34,495 nt of DNA, from NCBI GenBank assembly GCA_045863855.1, contig BTVV01000061.1, positions 1 to 34,495 of the forward strand. The letters are read 5' to 3'. Both the position numbers and the translations under genes were made by a program. This DNA is from Planctomycetota bacterium. Its GTDB lineage: Bacteria > Planctomycetota > SZUA-567 > H5-PLA8. This document shows positions 29,288 to 34,495 of the stretch, piece after piece; the stretch's first letter is position 1, and the number at the start of each line of letters is the position of its first letter. The notes beneath the pieces were generated by a model. That model was given only the letters and a program-made list of their open reading frames with translations. It made no database searches and was not told the DNA's origin.

Positions 29288-30097
29288 ATGGCCGAACTGC
29301 TCAAGAAGACCGTCTTCGTCACGGGCGCGAGCGCCGGGATTGGCGCGGCGTGCGTGCGCCGTTTTGCGGCCGCAGGTTGGCGCGTCGCCGCTGGCGCGCG
29401 GCGCCTCGATCGCCTGGAAGCCCTGGCTGCCGAAGTCGGCGTCGCGCACCCGCTCGTCGAAGTCCTCCCGCTCGCTTGCGACGTGGATTCGGACGCCTCG
29501 GTGGCCGAAGCCTTCCGGCGCATCGGCGAACGTTTCGGGCGGCTCGACGCGCTCGTCAACAACGCCGGCTTCGGACACTACGGCACCGTCGAAGGCCTTT
29601 CGATCGATGCCTTTCGCGCCTGCATGGAGACGAACTTTTTCGGCGTGTTGCGCTGCACGAAAGCGGCGCTGCCGCTGCTGAAGAGCGCCGCGGCCGAAGC
29701 GCGCACGCGTAACGGCGCGGCGGTGGTGATGGTCAGTTCCATCGTCGGCGTGCGCGCGTTTCCCGGCGCCGGAGCTTACTGCGCCAGTAAATTCGCGCTG
29801 GAAGGGCTCGCCGAAAGCCTGCGCGTCGAACTGCGCGACGATTGCATTTCGGTTTCGATCGTCAACCCCGGCGTCACGCAGACCGATTTCTTCGCGGTGG
29901 CCGAGGGGCAGCGCCCCGCCGGCTTCGTGACGGCCAAGGCCGGCATGAGTTCCGCGGAAGTCGCCGAGGTCATCTTCCGCGCCGTGCGCCGCCCGCGCCG
30001 GAACGCCTACCTCACGCTGCCGGGGAAAGCCGGCGTGCTGCTGCAATGGATCAGTCCGCGGCTCTTCGATTACGTGCTGGGCAGGATGTGGAAGTGA
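29288..30097 (+). CDS. SDR family NAD(P)-dependent oxidoreductase
   Basis: TGASAGIG, LVNNAG, SSIVG, YCASK, NPG. Confidence 0.95.
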   Translation: MAELLKKTVFVTGASAGIGAACVRRFAAAGWRVAAGARRLDRLEALAAEVGVAHPLVEVLPLACDVDSDASVAEAFRRIGERFGRLDALVNNAGFGHYGTVEGLSIDAFRACMETNFFGVLRCTKAALPLLKSAAAEARTRNGAAVVMVSSIVGVRAFPGAGAYCASKFALEGLAESLRVELRDDCISVSIVNPGVTQTDFFAVAEGQRPAGFVTAKAGMSSAEVAEVIFRAVRRPRRNAYLTLPGKAGVLLQWISPRLFDYVLGRMWK

Positions 30098-30196
30098 CTT
30101 TGGATCCGCGCCTGCGCGGTCCCCATAGCTGCTTCTGAGCGCTCGCTACTCGTTACTTAATACGCTTTACGCATGACCTGTCCCGACATCCTGCTT

Positions 30197-30222
30197 CGCA
30201 AGCGTGCAAACTCACGCTTGCG
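30197..30222. terminator. 10-bp perfect hairpin between convergent SDR and USP genes
   Basis: CGCAAGCGTG-CAAACT-CACGCTTGCG. No U-tract on either side, so its role is uncertain. Confidence 0.4.
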
Positions 30223-30244
30223 CCGAATCCAACGTCGAAATTCC

Positions 30245-31234
30245 CTACAACGCCAGCAGCGCTTCGATGAAGCCGACTTTGTGCGTCTCGTCCTTGACCA
30301 CCAGCACCGGCGTGCGCGCGTTGCGTACGACCTTCGTCGTCACGCTCCCCAGCAAGAAGCGCGCGAAGACCGAGCGTCCGCGGCTGCCGATCACGATCAG
30401 GTCCGCGCGCCGGGCCTCGGCGTTCTGGCAGACCACCTCGGCGGCCGGACCGTCGTCGACGACCGGAAGGATCGCCATCGGAAAATCCTTGACCTTGCTC
30501 AGGATTTTCGCCACGTCCTCGTCGTGCAGTTTCTTCATTTTCGCGCGCGCCGTCTCGTACGTCATCCCGGCCTCGATGTAGCCTGTGGGCACCTGGTACG
30601 CATTGACGAGATCGATGCTCTTCAACCCTTCGCGCGCGGCGAGGTCGAGGGCCCAGTCGAGCGCTATGCGCGCGGTGGGAGAGCCGTCGGTGGCGCACAA
30701 AATCCGCTCGATATCCGTCGACGGGCAGGGACGGTAAACCAGGACCGAACACGGTGCGAGCGCCAGCAGCCGTTCGGCCACCGTGCCCAGCGGTTCCTTG
30801 GAGTCCGGTTCTCCGCCGTACGCGCCGATCACCAGCATATCCGGCTTTCGCTCTTTCATGGCCTTGGCGATCTCGTCCACCGCGGAGCCCTGCTTGACGA
30901 TCACGTTCACCGGCACCGGGTTGGTTTTGCTCAGACGAGCCAGTTCGGCCTGGACTTTTTCTTTGGCTTCCTTGGTCAGCGACTTGGTCAAATCGTCAAC
31001 CAGGAAGTCGTAGCGCTTATCCCATTGTTCGACGACATGCACGACATCCAGGTGCGCGTCGTACACCTGGGCCAGCTCCGCGGCTTCGGCCAGAACCAGG
31101 TGGGAAGTGGCGGTGAGATCCATTGCGCAGAGCACGCGCGTGACCTTTGCGCCCTTCGCCGTTGAGGAGGCTTTGCGCGAGGAAGGGGTGCGCGCGGATT
31201 CCTTGGAAGCTCGCTTGGACGTTTGTTTGGCCAT
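30245..31234 (-). CDS. Universal stress protein, tandem USP domains
   Basis: RVLCAMDLT...DMLVIGAYG...LGTVAERLLALAPCSVLV, and RILCATDGS...ADLIVIGSRGRS..RFLLGSVTTKVVRNARTPVLVV. AAGGAG RBS. Confidence 0.93.
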   Translation of the reverse strand: MAKQTSKRASKESARTPSSRKASSTAKGAKVTRVLCAMDLTATSHLVLAEAAELAQVYDAHLDVVHVVEQWDKRYDFLVDDLTKSLTKEAKEKVQAELARLSKTNPVPVNVIVKQGSAVDEIAKAMKERKPDMLVIGAYGGEPDSKEPLGTVAERLLALAPCSVLVYRPCPSTDIERILCATDGSPTARIALDWALDLAAREGLKSIDLVNAYQVPTGYIEAGMTYETARAKMKKLHDEDVAKILSKVKDFPMAILPVVDDGPAAEVVCQNAEARRADLIVIGSRGRSVFARFLLGSVTTKVVRNARTPVLVVKDETHKVGFIEALLAL

Positions 31235-31344
31235 GTACCGCTCCTTGGCTGCCGTAGGATTCTAGTTGTGGGAAGAATTCGAGCGTAGTGCAGCGAACGC
31301 CAAGCGCCAAGAACCAAAATGACGGGTCATGCGTCACGCCGGTA

Positions 31345-32286
31345 TCAGTAGGGGTTATCGAACTTCATTTCGATGGTTTTGGGCGCCTGCGTCGCTTCCT
31401 CGGCCGAGCGCTTTCCGACCGGCGGAAACGGAGGCTTGGCGGGTTTCTCCGGCGTTTCGGGTGCGGGCGGCGTGGCCGGCGGCTTGGGCTTGCCGGGCAC
31501 TACGATGATCGGCGCGTTGTAGTAATAGGGAGGGTAACCGTAGCGCCCGTACGAATGCCTCCAGCGCTCCCGCTCCAACGCCGCCCACTCTTCGTCGAGG
31601 CGGCGGCGTTCGAAATCCTGCTGCCGGCCCTGCGATTCCAGCAGCGCGCGTTCGGTCTCCGCCTTTTCGGTCTGCGCCTGCTTGAGCCGCAGATCGGCTT
31701 CCTGGAGCTTGCGGTCGAGGTCGTCCTGGCGCGCGCTCTCGGCCTTGCGCACCGCCTCGTCGCGCGCTTCGGGCGTGATCCACTGGCCTTGGTGCTTCAC
31801 CAGCCCCAGTGCTTCGTGCCGTTCGTCCCCGGTCACCCAGCGTTCGCCCACCTTTAAATAGCCCAGCGCCTGGCGCGCGGCCTCGTGGTCGGAATCGAAG
31901 TTCAGCACCCGAGCCAACGCCTCTTCGCGCTGCCGCGGAAGATTCTGCTGCCCGCACCACCCGGCCAGTTCGAACCACGCGCTCGCCGCCGCCGGCCGGT
32001 TGGGGGCTTCGCCGCCATGCACCTTGGCCAACTCGCTTGCGCGGTCGTGGTACGTATCGAGCGGTGTCGCCTTTTTGACGATCTTCTCGATCTGGTCGCG
32101 CTTGACCACGATCGAGCCGTAGCCCAGATGCACGACCACCGAGTCGTCCTTTTCGACGACGCGGCCTTCGAGCTGTTTGCCGTTTTTGAGAACTACGATG
32201 TCCGCATGGGCCGCCGGAATCAGGCCCAGAGCCAGCAGCAGGGCCGCGGCGCCATTCAGTCGGGCCGTGGCGGAAGGACGCAGCAT
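31345..32286 (-). CDS. Secreted hypothetical protein (beta-rich N-domain, TPR-like segment, coiled coil, Pro-rich tail)
   Basis: Signal peptide ending in AHA. DIVVLKNGKQLEGRVV; 'ELAGWC...DSDHEAARQALGY...W...GLVKHQGQWIT'. Starts 2 bp after the upstream stop. Confidence 0.85.
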   Translation of the reverse strand: MLRPSATARLNGAAALLLALGLIPAAHADIVVLKNGKQLEGRVVEKDDSVVVHLGYGSIVVKRDQIEKIVKKATPLDTYHDRASELAKVHGGEAPNRPAAASAWFELAGWCGQQNLPRQREEALARVLNFDSDHEAARQALGYLKVGERWVTGDERHEALGLVKHQGQWITPEARDEAVRKAESARQDDLDRKLQEADLRLKQAQTEKAETERALLESQGRQQDFERRRLDEEWAALERERWRHSYGRYGYPPYYYNAPIIVVPGKPKPPATPPAPETPEKPAKPPFPPVGKRSAEEATQAPKTIEMKFDNPY

Positions 32287-32288
32287 GC

Positions 32289-33002
32289 TTACTCCGCTTT
32301 GACCGCCCGGACCATCACCAGAATCTCGCCGCCGAGGTTCGCTTTGTCGCCTTCGGGGCCGTTGAGCATCTTCTTCGCGATCATGATCGGCAGCGTCTTG
32401 TTCTCCGCCATGCCGCGCGTGATCGATACGCCGTCCTTGACGCTCCCGCCGCTGTACTGTTCGACGCGCAGCCGTTCGGGATACATCGAGCGCTGGTCGT
32501 ACTGGTCCTTGTTGCGCTTATCCTTGTACTGGCGGTTGAAGATCACGTTGTAGATCGTCGGATCGCTGCGGAAGGACGCGAAAAGTTCATCGTTGGTGGC
32601 CTTTTCGCTTTCGCCTTTGACGAAGCCCGCGCCCGCGCTCAGCGCCTTCTGAAACGCCGCATACGCCAGCTCGTCGTTCTTTTCCTTGGCGGCCTTCTCG
32701 GCGCGCACTTCGCGCTGGTAGTTCTCCTGCTCGGAGGACTTCATGCTGTACAGCACGCCACAAACCACCAGGAGCAGGCCCAGGACGGCCAGCAGAATGA
32801 CCAGTTCCATCCCGCCGCCGCCGGCGGCGCGCTTCTTCGGCTTGCCGCGGCCCGGATCTTCCGTTCCGGCCGGTCCGCGCTGGGATCCCTTGGCCGATCC
32901 GCGAGCCGAAGCCCGCGCCGATCCGGTCGCCGGCGCCACGCCTCGCGCCGATGCCCGCGCGCTGCCTCGAGCCGATTGGCGACCGCTTCCACGCTGCGCC
33001 AT
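32289..33002 (-). CDS. Hypothetical single-pass membrane protein with basic SAR-repeat N-terminus
   Basis: ATG 33002 lies 8 nt after AAGGAG. N-terminus RQSARGSARASARG..SARASARGSAKGSQRG. TM LVILLAVLGLLLVVCGVLY. Confidence 0.85.
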   Translation of the reverse strand: MAQRGSGRQSARGSARASARGVAPATGSARASARGSAKGSQRGPAGTEDPGRGKPKKRAAGGGGMELVILLAVLGLLLVVCGVLYSMKSSEQENYQREVRAEKAAKEKNDELAYAAFQKALSAGAGFVKGESEKATNDELFASFRSDPTIYNVIFNRQYKDKRNKDQYDQRSMYPERLRVEQYSGGSVKDGVSITRGMAENKTLPIMIAKKMLNGPEGDKANLGGEILVMVRAVKAE

Positions 33003-33085
33003 GCTGAGCACTCCTTGCTGCTTTGTTCCAAGCCCGCTGGCTTGATCGACTTAATGTGTGATACCCACAAATCCAAAGGGGGTCA

Positions 33086-33103
33086 AGGTGCAATGCTGCA
33101 CCT
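33086..33103. promoter_or_regulatory. Perfect inverted repeat AGGTGCA-N4-TGCACCT, candidate operator
   Basis: 7-bp perfect arms in the AT-richer region upstream of the 33002 gene. Confidence 0.35.
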
Positions 33104-33166
33104 CTAGTGATTAACGGAGGCGAAGGCGGGTACTGGCAAAAGTTTTCACTTTGAGCAGTCAAAAAA

Positions 33167-33940
33167 TCAGGGCTTGGGCGGCGCCTGGACGGGAACCTTC
33201 TTAGGTCCTGTCGGGGACGTGGGTTGGGGGCGGGCCAGAACCGGCGCCGCCACCGGCGTGTCCGTGGGCAAAAAGAGGTTCAGGTAGCTTTCCAGTTCGC
33301 GGCGCGCTTGTGCATCGCCTTCCATGGCGCGCTTGAATTCCGTCTGCACCTGGGAGCGATTGCCCATAAAAAGCCCCGCAATCTCGCCCAACTGGGGGAA
33401 TCGCGCGAGGTACGCGTCGGCGACCTCCTTCGAATCCAACTTCGTGTTGCTCACCAGTTTAGGCTGAGGGGCCGTCGTTTCGCCGGGGAGCATGGTGATG
33501 TCCGAAGTATCCAGTTTGCCGATCTTACCTTGGGGAATGACCGGAGCATCGACCACAGGCTTGCGCTCGGTCTCTCTGAAACCGCTGCCCTGTACGACCT
33601 TCTGTGCCTGCTCCGAGGTAGTTTGGAAACCCTTCACTTTGCCTTCGTCCGGGCCGCGTAGAACCTCTTTGACCTTCTCGGCCGGAATGATTTTTTGGAT
33701 CGGCTTCCCATCCGGGTCTTTAGGGTTGGCTACGATAATGAGAACGCCGCGCGGGGTTTGCATCACCACGATGCACGGCACTTCCGAACCGTCTTCGAGG
33801 ATCACCTTGTCTTTGCGGTAGTTGACCTGAACGTCTGCCCATGCCGGAAACGGGCAGGCCGCCGCCAAGCACGCGCTCAAGGCGCACGCCAGCAGGCGTT
33901 GGGGCCATCCTAGGGCGGAGATTGAGGTTCGACCACGCAT
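33167..33940 (-). CDS. Secreted hypothetical protein
   Basis: ATG at 33940 gives a signal peptide ending in AWA, followed by DVQVNYRKDKVILEDGSEV. The ORF-track extension to 34336 overlaps another frame and is rejected. Confidence 0.75.
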   Translation of the reverse strand: MRGRTSISALGWPQRLLACALSACLAAACPFPAWADVQVNYRKDKVILEDGSEVPCIVVMQTPRGVLIIVANPKDPDGKPIQKIIPAEKVKEVLRGPDEGKVKGFQTTSEQAQKVVQGSGFRETERKPVVDAPVIPQGKIGKLDTSDITMLPGETTAPQPKLVSNTKLDSKEVADAYLARFPQLGEIAGLFMGNRSQVQTEFKRAMEGDAQARRELESYLNLFLPTDTPVAAPVLARPQPTSPTGPKKVPVQAPPKP

Positions 33941-34025
33941 CGCATTATTCTCGCTGCTCTTGGGCACCACCTCAAGGGTGTACCGGTCACAAAATGGAGC
34001 CCCGCCGGCTGTTAAAAGGAGGCGA

Positions 34026-34495
34026 TCAGGCCTGATCGTCGGGGCGCTTCTTGTGCTTGTTGCGTTGTTGGAAGCCCTGGCGTTCGTCGTACCGGCTGCG
34101 TTGCCCGCGCTGTTTGCCGCGCTTAAAGGCCGGGTTTGGGGTTTCGCCCGAGCTGCCGTCGAGTTCGACCTGCGGCGGCGCGAACTTGATGCTGCGGCGT
34201 GGGTTCTTCTCGGGCCGAGGTTGATTTCCGAAGCGTGACTCCCGTTTGGCGCCGCCTTGCGGCCGCTTGGTCCCGGTTCCGTCTTGCCACTTACGCGTGC
34301 GCTCGCCGCTTCGGTCGTTCGAAGCGCTTTCGCCACCCCGTGGACGGTCTTTGGGCCCCTTGCGTTCCCATGGCTTTCCGGACCGCGCGCCGGCTTCGTC
34401 GCGTGACTTGCTTTCCCACGGCTTTCCGGACCGCGCGCCCGCTTCGTCGCGTGACTTGCTTTCCCACGGCTTTCCGGACCGCGCGCCCGCTTCGT
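34026..34495 (-). CDS. 3' end of a gene truncated by the window edge: Arg/Lys/Gly-rich disordered C-terminal tail
   Basis: Hand translation gives an open minus frame from the edge to TGA at 34026-34028: ...EAGARSGKPWESKSRDEAGARSGKPWERKGPKDRPRGG...FKRGKQRGQRSRYDERQGFQQRNKHKKRPDDQA*. It is absent from the ORF track because it has no start codon in the window. Confidence 0.7.
   Translation of the reverse strand, partial: EAGARSGKPWESKSRDEAGARSGKPWESKSRDEAGARSGKPWERKGPKDRPRGGESASNDRSGERTRKWQDGTGTKRPQGGAKRESRFGNQPRPEKNPRRSIKFAPPQVELDGSSGETPNPAFKRGKQRGQRSRYDERQGFQQRNKHKKRPDDQA
34365..34495. repeat. 48-bp tandem repeat, at least 2.7 copies, running off the window end
   Basis: Units begin at 34365, 34413 and 34461 (TTCCCA[T/C]GGCTTTCCGGACCGCGCGCC[G/C]GCTTCGTCGCGTGACTTGCT). 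No spacers. Encodes EAGARSGKPWESKSRD on the minus strand. Confidence 0.92.

Noticed and set aside
33941..34336. N-terminal extension of the 389-aa ORF 33167-34336, and the + strand hydrophobic ORF 33960-34238
   Set aside because: Both overlap the more plausible truncated minus-strand CDS ending at 34026. ATG 33940 yields a proper signal peptide. The + ORF is the codon-aligned antisense of the K/Q/R-rich tail.
34365..34495. Possible CRISPR array at the window end
   Set aside because: Units are head-to-tail with no unique spacers, the 48-bp period is a multiple of 3 within an open reading frame, and there are no cas genes.

Overview
High-GC bacterial chromosomal fragment. It is probably Planctomycetota/PVC, inferred from the style of the secreted hypotheticals, the sulfatase and the multiheme cytochrome. 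It starts in a poly-C artefact and ends inside a 48-bp coding tandem repeat. About 29 CDS are supported: thiC under a clear TPP riboswitch; a radical SAM/carbon-nitrogen hydrolase pair; an XRE-S24 (LexA/cI-like) regulator next to a thioredoxin-like 2Fe-2S ferredoxin; an AraC regulator before a TIM-barrel/Gfo-Idh-MocA fusion enzyme; a double-VWA membrane protein; two secreted beta-helix proteins; a sulfatase divergent from a GH5-like lipoprotein; a c554-like tetraheme cytochrome; EEP, EamA, PQQ-propeller, ankyrin, SDR and tandem USP genes; and several exported hypotheticals. No CRISPR array, tRNA/rRNA, integrase or transposase was seen. The most notable observations are (1) the single-chain TIM-barrel + oxidoreductase fusion, a possible keto-glycoside cleavage enzyme, (2) an apparently non-cleavable LexA/cI-like repressor with a palindrome-dense upstream region, (3) three exported proteins sharing an Sm/Hfq-like motif, and (4) the coupled radical SAM-nitrilase pair downstream of thiC. 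Family assignments come from motif recognition by eye, with no database searches.
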